A stretch of 64,000 nucleotides of DNA from a virus: positions 9,836-73,835 of IMG/VR virus record IMGVR_UViG_3300009702_000023; one strand, given 5' to 3'. The position numbers and the translations under genes were made by a program. The notes under the pieces were generated by a model. That model was given only the letters and a program-made list of their open reading frames with translations. It was not told where the DNA came from and made no database searches. Positions 55,769 to 64,000 of this stretch are shown here, piece after piece (the stretch's first letter is position 1; the number at the start of each line of letters is the position of its first letter).

Positions 55769-58700
55769 TTAATCCCTGTATGCTTTTTCAGATATCATTC
55801 TAAACGTAAATGAAATGCCGAAAATTGAATATTTTTCTCTAGCACTACTATGCTTAAATTTCTTTTTTATAAATCTAGATCGCTGCTTATCTCTGGGCAC
55901 ATATGTCCTCATTGGGACTGCGGAGCCTTTTCCGCCCCAGTTATGTTCACTCCACGTAAATAATCCAAAATCACCAACACCATCACGAATAAATGTAACT
56001 TCTGTGAAATCTGGGCTAAGATCTGAACTAAAAAGAACTGATGCATCAGAAAAGACAGTATTCTCAAACATAATTGTACTTTCATTAACCTGCTTTAATA
56101 TTGATGGATCGCCGAAAGTATAAGGTGCCCAGGTAACTGAGGATTGCACTGCTTTGTATAAAATAATTGGCCCTTCTATAAACGGTAAATTAAATTTGAC
56201 ATTCACTCTAGTAGTTGAATTTCGGACAAGGGATGTAATTTTAACTTCTTTATCAATTGTACCAGATGATAATTTATAATTAATAAATTTTACCCCGGCA
56301 TCTGCATTTAATTTATTTACAATAATATTAAAATCGCTTTGTTGGCCAGCGAAGGTGCTTGTGCCAACAATTGACGCAGCATAATCGGTATCAACAACCC
56401 CAGAATCTGCATCTAACTTAGTTGCTAAATTATTTACTAAATTTCTTAAATCGGCACCAGCAACGGCGGCTAAAGTTGCACTATAATTAGTGTCGCCAAC
56501 AAATGGATCAAGATCTAATTTTTGGAGCAATTGATTAAATTGAAAAATAGTAAGATATTGAGTTTGTACTAAAACGTCCCCAGCAACTGTATTTGAATTA
56601 GAAGATAAATCTATCTGAAGATTAAAAAGAGAATTAGCTGGTATAGATAATGCAAATTGTCTATCAGCATAATCTGTCCTTTTATAATTTTTTCTTTCTC
56701 TTTCAATATAAGCTTCATCAGCGGCGCCAACATATAAACGATTATTTTGAACATTCACAATGCCGCAGGTTTTACTAATTGGCCAACGTGTCCAGCTATT
56801 AGTAAATGTATCATATCTAAAACATTGAGTTGCAACGGTATCATTGGTATTAGTTGGGAGCCAGAGTAAATATGCCCGATCAGTCTCATATGAAACACCA
56901 AATGATGTGTATTTAAAATTATAATTATCACTGATTAATTTAATAATTTCATCTTCAATTGGTCGGGAAATAACATTAACCCCCGTATCTGAAATTGTAG
57001 CAATTCCCTGGGTAGATAAGACATATATTAGATTGTTTAATACAACGGCACTATCGGGGGCCACAATATTTGTGCTACTATCAAATAGATCAATCACAAA
57101 ATTACCAGCTTCGCCAGATAATCTATAAATACCGTCTTCTTTTAAAATAAATAAGGTTTCTCTAAGAGCAAAAATTCTAAAGATTTCTTTATCTTTCGGT
57201 CCAACAAATAAAACATTAACTGATGGAACAGCTTCTGGCTCTTGATATTTTGAATAAAAAAGAGCATTGGCCTGAACTTCATTATCAGAATTGACGGTTG
57301 TTAATCCAAATGTGACGTTTCCGCCAACAGTAACTGTGGAAGATATATCAAAAGTATTAGTTGTTACATTTGAAATAGTATAAGTTCCATCAATAGTGGG
57401 AGTCGATGTGCTGCTATATAAGACAATTTTATTGCCATTAGATAATCCATGGGCAGTAGATGTTATAGTGACAGTCCCTGATCCTGTGGCAACTGTTCCG
57501 CTTAATTCAATTGCTGGCTGTGAATTAAATTGACCAGATGTTGTAGAACTATCTGATAGAATATAAAATTCACCAGTTGTTAATTCTTTTGCTTTTAATA
57601 AGATTTGACCTGGGACATCTTCTGATCCTGATAAATAAAATGCTTCAACAATTTCGCTTGAATTAGAATTAATAATACTAATTAATGATCTGGCCGATTC
57701 ATCAATTTGTTGGGATGGGGTTGCTGCTGATGACAACAAAACATCCAAATTTGCGGAATCTTCACCATCGCCCTGAGTTGTTACATTAATAGCAAATACT
57801 CCACCCATTGCGGTAGCGCCATCAACGGCATCAGTTGTATTGCCATTTTTTGCATTAGTTACAGTGACAACTGCGGCACCAGGGGCCGGGGCACTAAAAT
57901 CATCTAGGGCATCAATTACTGATGCAAAAGCAACAGCTACATCATTTGCTGTTGTTGCAGCAGATATATTTACAGCATAAATTAAGCGACCGGCAGTATC
58001 TCCGGCTGAAGGGGCAGGAGTTGTTCCAGTTTTATCTGCATAAAATACATATTTTCTTTCATCTGATGCCGAATTAAGTAAAAAATACCCACCGTCTACG
58101 GTATTTGCAAATGTATCAAATGTTAAATCGGTTACTTCAGTATCGCCAACAAAAGTATAAGTATTAACTGTTGTCCCATCGGTAAGTGTTAAAGTTGATG
58201 TGCCATTAACCAGTGTAGACACACTTAACATATCTAATTCAACATTTTTGAGTGTTTGTGTGTTTGCATAAAAAACTGTGTCTTTAAATAGGGCGACATC
58301 TTTGGCCATAGGTGGACGATCATTTGATTGTAATACCCCATCACCAGAAACCGGATTAGAGTAAAGAGGAAGCCCGCCATCTCTAATATCAGAGGGAGTT
58401 AGATCATTTGTTGTTACTACTCTAGAAGTTAATTGCGCACTAGACGGAAATTCTTCAATAACTAAAGTCATTTCATCATCAGTTGTTATATCGGCGATAG
58501 TAGTAATTTTATTAAATACAGCGGTTCTATATATCTGATAAAAATAATCAGTATCCGCAGTTGTTATATCATTTGGGATTGAGAATGTAAGATCAATTGT
58601 TCCGGTATCAGTTGTGCTAAAATTTGTAATTTCAGTTCGTTGACTTGCCGAACCTAAAATTAAATTACCATTAACATCTTTGTAGCCCCAGACAACACGA

Positions 58701-59209
58701 TAGGCAACTTTACTTTCTGTAGAAAAGAACCCGGTAGTTGTATAATTAACTGTAGCTTTAACATCTAGGGCAGGAGGAGCGCCAGCGGCGCGAATATAAT
58801 CTGCTGCTGATGTAAATTCTGATGCGGTTGTTGCTGATATCTTTTTAATACCATCATTGGTTGTAAATAATAGATTGCCATTTGCTTCAACCGATTTTAT
58901 TCTTAATCCAGTTTCAACTTCGGTATAACTTCCGTTAAAATCAACAAAAGCCCCAGCATTATCAGAATCAAATGCGAACGATGTAGAATAATGTCTTAAA
59001 ACTCGACCTTTGTAAACGAGTAATTGTTTAACTGTATCAGAAGGATTGGCTAATGCTGTGCCATATTCAGCTAACCCGCGACGGGGTTCAATTACACTAT
59101 CCCGAGAAATATTAACATTGTCGGCCTGAACTAATGCACCTTCAGGAAGTTCGCTGAATTGATTGGGAAAAGTATATAAGCCTTTTGCTTTCAGAAGTTT
59201 TGTCTGCAT
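55769..59209 (-). CDS. Tail nozzle/tubular protein B (T7 gp12/P22 gp10-like) with insertions
   Basis: NV.I......RRG start; LFYSK..EPEA beta-propeller motifs; TAHGLSNG (FCCH-like) insert. Confidence 0.7.
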   Translation of the reverse strand: MQTKLLKAKGLYTFPNQFSELPEGALVQADNVNISRDSVIEPRRGLAEYGTALANPSDTVKQLLVYKGRVLRHYSTSFAFDSDNAGAFVDFNGSYTEVETGLRIKSVEANGNLLFTTNDGIKKISATTASEFTSAADYIRAAGAPPALDVKATVNYTTTGFFSTESKVAYRVVWGYKDVNGNLILGSASQRTEITNFSTTDTGTIDLTFSIPNDITTADTDYFYQIYRTAVFNKITTIADITTDDEMTLVIEEFPSSAQLTSRVVTTNDLTPSDIRDGGLPLYSNPVSGDGVLQSNDRPPMAKDVALFKDTVFYANTQTLKNVELDMLSVSTLVNGTSTLTLTDGTTVNTYTFVGDTEVTDLTFDTFANTVDGGYFLLNSASDERKYVFYADKTGTTPAPSAGDTAGRLIYAVNISAATTANDVAVAFASVIDALDDFSAPAPGAAVVTVTNAKNGNTTDAVDGATAMGGVFAINVTTQGDGEDSANLDVLLSSAATPSQQIDESARSLISIINSNSSEIVEAFYLSGSEDVPGQILLKAKELTTGEFYILSDSSTTSGQFNSQPAIELSGTVATGSGTVTITSTAHGLSNGNKIVLYSSTSTPTIDGTYTISNVTTNTFDISSTVTVGGNVTFGLTTVNSDNEVQANALFYSKYQEPEAVPSVNVLFVGPKDKEIFRIFALRETLFILKEDGIYRLSGEAGNFVIDLFDSSTNIVAPDSAVVLNNLIYVLSTQGIATISDTGVNVISRPIEDEIIKLISDNYNFKYTSFGVSYETDRAYLLWLPTNTNDTVATQCFRYDTFTNSWTRWPISKTCGIVNVQNNRLYVGAADEAYIERERKNYKRTDYADRQFALSIPANSLFNLQIDLSSNSNTVAGDVLVQTQYLTIFQFNQLLQKLDLDPFVGDTNYSATLAAVAGADLRNLVNNLATKLDADSGVVDTDYAASIVGTSTFAGQQSDFNIIVNKLNADAGVKFINYKLSSGTIDKEVKITSLVRNSTTRVNVKFNLPFIEGPIILYKAVQSSVTWAPYTFGDPSILKQVNESTIMFENTVFSDASVLFSSDLSPDFTEVTFIRDGVGDFGLFTWSEHNWGGKGSAVPMRTYVPRDKQRSRFIKKKFKHSSAREKYSIFGISFTFRMISEKAYRD

Positions 59210-59217
59210 TCTTATCC

Positions 59218-60171
59218 TTAACTTCGGCGTCTAAAACGTCTTCTATATAAACCAAATCGTAAAGATCCATTTCTATTTACTAATTTTTGCGGGGCTTCAT
59301 CAACTCTATTGTCAATAATATTTCCTGCTCTATTTTCCATTTCACGAGTTTTGACTTTAGCATTTTGTAACCCCTGAGTGTCGCCCTGGGCTTCTAAAAG
59401 TCTTTCAGCGGTATATTGGGCAAGAAGAACATGCAAATCCGCAGGAACTTGCGGAATAATGCATTCTTCAGCTTTAGTAATATGATCACCGACTGCTAAT
59501 TCAGAGGGTAGATCTGCTGCGGTAAATGTAATTGTTTTTGCTGAGGTGTCGAATGATACTATTGATTTATTGATTGCTAAATGACGATGAGGAGATTCCG
59601 CCATATATAAATCATATTCAATATCTGTTGTAAAGTGACTGGGAATTTTGTCTACCGTAATAATTCCTGTCACCGTATCAATAGCTGTAATAATCGCCGC
59701 TCTAGATTCAGCGACCATTTCATTCGGACTAATAAAATAATAAAACAGCAAATCGCCAGATACACTACCGCCAATTGAAGGAATTAAATGAACCCGATTA
59801 TATTGAACATAGTAATTATATGCCCTATCTTCAACAAATGTGCCTTGATAATGTGGGATATCGCCAACCGAAATTCTTGTCATTTCGAAACGATTATCGC
59901 CAGTATCAGCATATTGTAGTTCATTTAGTTTGTTTCCAATGGACCGGGGCGGAATTCTATACTCACTTTTGTTGGCAACAAGGGGATCTCTTCCTTCGAA
60001 GAGAAAATGGCCTTCGTGCAAACTAAGTATAGACGGAACCAAACTTAATGCTATTTCTTCATTAGCAAATGCTAGAATATCAGTATCAGTAAATGTAGAT
60101 TGATTTGACGGCATACTTATTCGCCGCTTGATACTATCAATCAAAGCATTTGTAGTAAAAACTTTTGCCAC
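59218..60171 (-). CDS. Head-tail adaptor/tail tubular protein A
   Basis: LIDSIKRR...I..FANEE; IP...H.LL; position. Confidence 0.65.
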   Translation of the reverse strand: MAKVFTTNALIDSIKRRISMPSNQSTFTDTDILAFANEEIALSLVPSILSLHEGHFLFEGRDPLVANKSEYRIPPRSIGNKLNELQYADTGDNRFEMTRISVGDIPHYQGTFVEDRAYNYYVQYNRVHLIPSIGGSVSGDLLFYYFISPNEMVAESRAAIITAIDTVTGIITVDKIPSHFTTDIEYDLYMAESPHRHLAINKSIVSFDTSAKTITFTAADLPSELAVGDHITKAEECIIPQVPADLHVLLAQYTAERLLEAQGDTQGLQNAKVKTREMENRAGNIIDNRVDEAPQKLVNRNGSLRFGLYRRRFRRRS

Positions 60172-60180
60172 GGAAACTCC

Positions 60181-60579
60181 TTATGACATTTTTTCTTTCA
60201 GTTTCATTAACTCTTCTATTTTTTGATCAATTTCTTCTGGTGTCATTTCTTCTTCTTCAGCTTGATCATCGGCCATAGATTCTTCTGGATATTCAGAGGC
60301 TTCTTCCTCATCCATCATATCTTCAGGTTTATATTCGGAGTCAGCTTTCTTTGGCCCCTTACCGATTATATCTTGAGCCATTTCTAAACCTTTTTCTAGA
60401 GATTTAGGATTTTTAGCAGCAACTGTCACTTTGCTTAATTTATCATGTAAACCCTCACCCATCATATCAGACGCCATTTTTCGAAGTTCGTCAATAACTT
60501 CCATTTTTGCTTTTCGTTTAGCATCATCTTTTGGCTTTTTAGCACTAGATTTCATGCCCATTAAATCTTTTAGATCCAT
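60181..60579 (-). CDS. Charged hypothetical late protein
   Basis: GAGGAG RBS; K/E/M-rich. Confidence 0.6.
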   Translation of the reverse strand: MDLKDLMGMKSSAKKPKDDAKRKAKMEVIDELRKMASDMMGEGLHDKLSKVTVAAKNPKSLEKGLEMAQDIIGKGPKKADSEYKPEDMMDEEEASEYPEESMADDQAEEEEMTPEEIDQKIEELMKLKEKMS

Positions 60580-60595
60580 TGTATTTTCTCCTCGG

Positions 60596-61075
60596 TTATA
60601 TTAGTAAACTGACAATAAGTCCCAAAATTAATCCATAATTAATATATTTTTGAATTTTAATTTCTTTTTCAATTTTTTGTAATTTTTCGCTTTTTTTATT
60701 ATTACAATCCTGTAATGCAATAATAACTGCGCCTTGATTGTTAATCACACTATCATTTTCTTTAATTTTATCAATAACTTTAGTAAAACTTTCTGCGCTA
60801 CTTTCGCCCAAATTATTAATAGCTTTTTTAATATCATTTATTTCTTGCTCATATTTTTCATTTTCTTCAACTATTAATTCATAAAATTGAGATAAATCTT
60901 TATCATCTTTTACATAAACTGGCACTTCTTTTTCAACTATTTTATCCACCGGAACCTCGACATATACGGGTTTTTCTACAATCTTCTCAACAGGCACTTC
61001 TTTTTCAATATAAATTATTTCTTGATTGGGAAGTTTTTTTGGTGTTTTTGTTTTTCCCATATGTAATTTTCCCAT
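60596..61075 (-). CDS. VEKxV-repeat coiled-coil membrane protein
   Basis: EKEVPVEKIVEKPVYVEVPV repeats; C-terminal TM. Confidence 0.6.
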   Translation of the reverse strand: MGKLHMGKTKTPKKLPNQEIIYIEKEVPVEKIVEKPVYVEVPVDKIVEKEVPVYVKDDKDLSQFYELIVEENEKYEQEINDIKKAINNLGESSAESFTKVIDKIKENDSVINNQGAVIIALQDCNNKKSEKLQKIEKEIKIQKYINYGLILGLIVSLLI

Positions 61076-61079
61076 TATA

Positions 61080-61556
61080 TTATCCTTTTAAATTATATTG
61101 TACGGTAACAGTTCCGGTAGTATTTGTTCCCTTAGTATAAGCAATTCTGAAGTAAGCATAGGGAGCATCTGTTATTAATAAATGATCATTACTCGCACCA
61201 CTTGCAAGAGTTACAGATTGGCCACTTACAGCTTTAAATGTTGTTCCATCAGAACTTGCCTCTAATTGAATGGCACCATCAGCGGCGTCTAAACCGGCGG
61301 CAATAATGCTAATATATATACCTTTATATTTCGAAATATCTACTGCTGAAGAGTTCACTGTTGTACCGGCGGCAACGGCATTTAACAAAACGGTATTAGC
61401 AATGGCCATGGACCGAGTTTCAACACTATCCCCGTCAGTTGCATCTAATTCTATTGCGAAAGATGTTGATGAAGATGGAATAATTTTAATCGCATTTGCG
61501 GTTTCATCATAACTTAACCTAATAATATGATTAGGATCTCTTTGTGACATTGACAT
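61080..61556 (-). CDS. Virion jelly-roll protein
   Basis: LEASSDG..F...YFRIAY pattern. Confidence 0.55.
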   Translation of the reverse strand: MSMSQRDPNHIIRLSYDETANAIKIIPSSSTSFAIELDATDGDSVETRSMAIANTVLLNAVAAGTTVNSSAVDISKYKGIYISIIAAGLDAADGAIQLEASSDGTTFKAVSGQSVTLASGASNDHLLITDAPYAYFRIAYTKGTNTTGTVTVQYNLKG

Positions 61557-61568
61557 AAAAATTACTCC

Positions 61569-63428
61569 TTAAACACTTGTAGTAGTTGCTCTAAATTTCA
61601 TTGTGGCGGCGGTATATCCGGCATAATTAGCCGATGTATATTGCACTTGCCCTGCACTTGTAACACTAAAACTGACTTGAGATACATCGCCATTTGTTGA
61701 TTGTGATAAATCCCAACTAGCACCTTTTTGTACTAATCTAATTACGCCACTTTCATATAATGAAGTGGTAGCACTAATAATAATTGAATATTGTATTTCA
61801 GCCGATCTATTTGTTGCATTAGCAAAAGCTAAGCCAGTTACATTAGCCGCTGTACTTTGATTATTTGCAATTGTAAATGAAGTTTCATCTAAATCACCAG
61901 TAACAAAAGTTGTATTATCATCAACATATTTTTTTGTAGCAGCGTCTTGGTTATTAGTTGGATCGGCCAAACTAGTAATATTATTTGAATTAACATTAAT
62001 TGATGTATCATCACTATTTATAGATATTGATCCAGAATCTAGAATTATTGCACCCCGAACTCCCGTAATACTAATTCCAGTCTTAAGTTGTATTTTACCG
62101 GAATTATGTCCGCCAGAGACACCATTTTGATTACCACTTTCAATATAAACTGAGCCAGTATCATTAGCTGTGTTTGTGGTATTAGAAGTTATTACTCCTG
62201 ATGAATAGAGATTATTTGATCCAGTGAGTCCAACAACCGGGGTAGCTCCCGATGGTGTTACTAAAGTTGTATTAATTGAGCCTCTTCTACTGCCACTAGT
62301 ATATAATATTAAACTTGTTGAATAAAGAGTGACCCAAGGTTTAGTTATTGATCCTAAATACCTACTAGTAGTTGCTGGAATTAAATCAGCATTAATTGCT
62401 GTTGTGCCTAAATTATCTAATTGAGTTGACGCTTTTCCATCTATTTGTGTTTGTGCATCACTAAGTAATCCACCAATATAACCAAACTCGGTATTTGTAA
62501 CTGAACCATCATGTATTTTTGTGGCATCAATTGCCGCTGCGGCCCGAATTTCATTATTATCTATATTCGTAATTGTATTAGTATCAGCATCTATAGATTT
62601 ATTTGTTAGGATGTCTGTTGTTGCTTTACCAACTAGAGTATCATTGGCATCGGGAAGAGTATAGGTTCGTGTGGTGCTAGTTGCAATGCCAGATAATTCA
62701 AATGCAGCTTGTTTTGTTGTATCAACATTATCTTGTAAAGTAAATAATGTATCTTTAACTGTTACAGTATTAGTATTATTAATTGTTTTATTAGATAGGG
62801 CTTGATTTGATGATATGTCAGCAACTTCCACCTCGGAACCAATTGCACCAAGCTTAAATTTAGAAGTTAAAGCGTCTTCATATACAAAGGAGCCATTAGT
62901 AGTCGCCCTTTCTACGGTTAATCCTGCGCCTTCAGCAGAAATGTCATTACCACCTTTATTAACTGTAATATTGGTATCGGTAACATCTAGAGTTGCGGTA
63001 TTTAAAGTCGTGGTAGTCCCGTTAACTGTTAAATTGCCAGTTACAATGACATCATTACTAAATGTTTTATTACCAGCAAGAGATTGTGCACTAGTTGTCA
63101 CAATTCCCGGAAAGGATGCGCTGGCAGGTTCTAGAACTAATTCATTTGTTCTAAGGCTGGGGGTGCCAGTATTTTCAGATATAGAATAACCTTGGGAATT
63201 AGCTGTTGCGCCAATGCCAGTAGTTGTTTGAATTTGTTGATTCTCCCAACGAGCAGAAGCATCATCCCAAACCCAGATTTCATCTGTATCTAAAGTAACG
63301 CGGGCATCTCCATCAGAATTACCTGTAGTAGGTAAAGCTGCGGCATTAGCAACTGGATCTTTCCAAGTTGCTCCACCAACAATAACTTGGTCGAGATTCC
63401 CAGTAAATGGATTAAATTTATAACTCAA
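61569..63428 (-). CDS. Tail fibre/spike protein
   Basis: FNPFTG.LD start; GNLTVNGTTTT, LTNK, DAATK.YVD fibre motifs. Confidence 0.75.
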   Translation of the reverse strand: MSYKFNPFTGNLDQVIVGGATWKDPVANAAALPTTGNSDGDARVTLDTDEIWVWDDASARWENQQIQTTTGIGATANSQGYSISENTGTPSLRTNELVLEPASASFPGIVTTSAQSLAGNKTFSNDVIVTGNLTVNGTTTTLNTATLDVTDTNITVNKGGNDISAEGAGLTVERATTNGSFVYEDALTSKFKLGAIGSEVEVADISSNQALSNKTINNTNTVTVKDTLFTLQDNVDTTKQAAFELSGIATSTTRTYTLPDANDTLVGKATTDILTNKSIDADTNTITNIDNNEIRAAAAIDATKIHDGSVTNTEFGYIGGLLSDAQTQIDGKASTQLDNLGTTAINADLIPATTSRYLGSITKPWVTLYSTSLILYTSGSRRGSINTTLVTPSGATPVVGLTGSNNLYSSGVITSNTTNTANDTGSVYIESGNQNGVSGGHNSGKIQLKTGISITGVRGAIILDSGSISINSDDTSINVNSNNITSLADPTNNQDAATKKYVDDNTTFVTGDLDETSFTIANNQSTAANVTGLAFANATNRSAEIQYSIIISATTSLYESGVIRLVQKGASWDLSQSTNGDVSQVSFSVTSAGQVQYTSANYAGYTAATMKFRATTTSV

Positions 63429-63430
63429 AA

Positions 63431-63700
63431 TTAACTCCTAGTTACACTAGCCAATCTATTTGATGCATCATAGGATAGAGTTAGTGTCGCAATTGCAGTT
63501 CCACTAGCTCCACCTTGTTTATAAGTTGCGGTTTCAATTTCTCCAGCCCCATTTCCGGAGGCCACATAAGTTAATGCTATATAATCATAACTATTGGGAA
63601 TTAAACTGGACAAATTTATGATTTGCGCCGCATGATTATTGATATCATGAACATCGCGCAGTACTTGTTGACCATCATATTGCGATAAATTATTTGCCAT
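63431..63700 (-). CDS. Small virion protein
   Basis: YDYIALTY...TYK.GG.SG...ATLTL.YD. Confidence 0.6.
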   Translation of the reverse strand: MANNLSQYDGQQVLRDVHDINNHAAQIINLSSLIPNSYDYIALTYVASGNGAGEIETATYKQGGASGTAIATLTLSYDASNRLASVTRS

Positions 63701-64000
63701 TATTTAATTCTCCTTGCTGATATTTTATAAGCGATTGCTGGAGATCCCGTAATTGTTGCTTGATAAGCTTTTAAATAATATGTTGTAGATGAATTTACAT
63801 TAACACCATTAACCGTTAAATTAATACTTAATATTCCATTTATTGTATTAGATCCTCTGGTAGCAGTATCATCATATATTAATCCCGTGCTATCATTTCC
63901 AGGATTAGTTGATAAACCTATATTTGGAGTTGTTGCAGATGTATTAGCTGAAAAAATAGCCTGTAAGGTTATATCATATTCTCCAGGATTTAATGATATA
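63700..64000 (-). CDS. C-terminus of tail-fibre-like protein (partial)
   Basis: Hand translation ...ISLNPGEYDI...TTYYLKA...ISARRIK*; TAATG coupling. Confidence 0.55.
   Translation of the reverse strand, partial: ISLNPGEYDITLQAIFSANTSATTPNIGLSTNPGNDSTGLIYDDTATRGSNTINGILSINLTVNGVNVNSSTTYYLKAYQATITGSPAIAYKISARRIK

Noticed and set aside
1-64000. Stop-codon reassignment or prophage state
   Set aside because: The standard code gives dense, intact genes; no integrase, repressor or host flank is seen.

Overview
The window is a large part of an AT-rich (~30% GC by eye), apparently lytic dsDNA phage genome with podovirus-type structural genes; no integrase, tape measure or sheath is seen. Late structural genes lie on the minus strand at both ends. 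The left end (1-9.5 kb) holds the terminase with a LAGLIDADG intein, portal, a lysozyme-like protein, a LamG protein and the scaffold. The right end (48.6-64 kb) holds the tail fibre, adaptor, nozzle and ejection proteins. Plus-strand early and middle genes run from 16.8 to 48.6 kb: SAM lyase, two amidoligases plus a class II amidotransferase, a cluster of variable-repeat proteins, PD-(D/E)XK nuclease, annealing protein, AEP primase-helicase, family B polymerase, ClpP, DUF5664-like diphosphohydrolase, cytochrome c, PQ-loop protein and a trypsin-like protease. The main unexplained signals are: (1) a sharply localised A:T->G:C transition tract inside a 60-bp-repeat solenoid gene, visible against its own unmutated repeats, with similar GC patches in other early genes; (2) combinatorial repeat cassettes shared between two distant genes; (3) tandem sigma54-type sites at the probable genome end; (4) strong CGGGAG enrichment in the early region; (5) a conserved late-promoter-like motif TTAACAAATATT; (6) a ~430-nt non-coding unit behind two promoter motifs and a tRNA-like RNA. 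All family calls are motif recognition by eye; no database searches were run.
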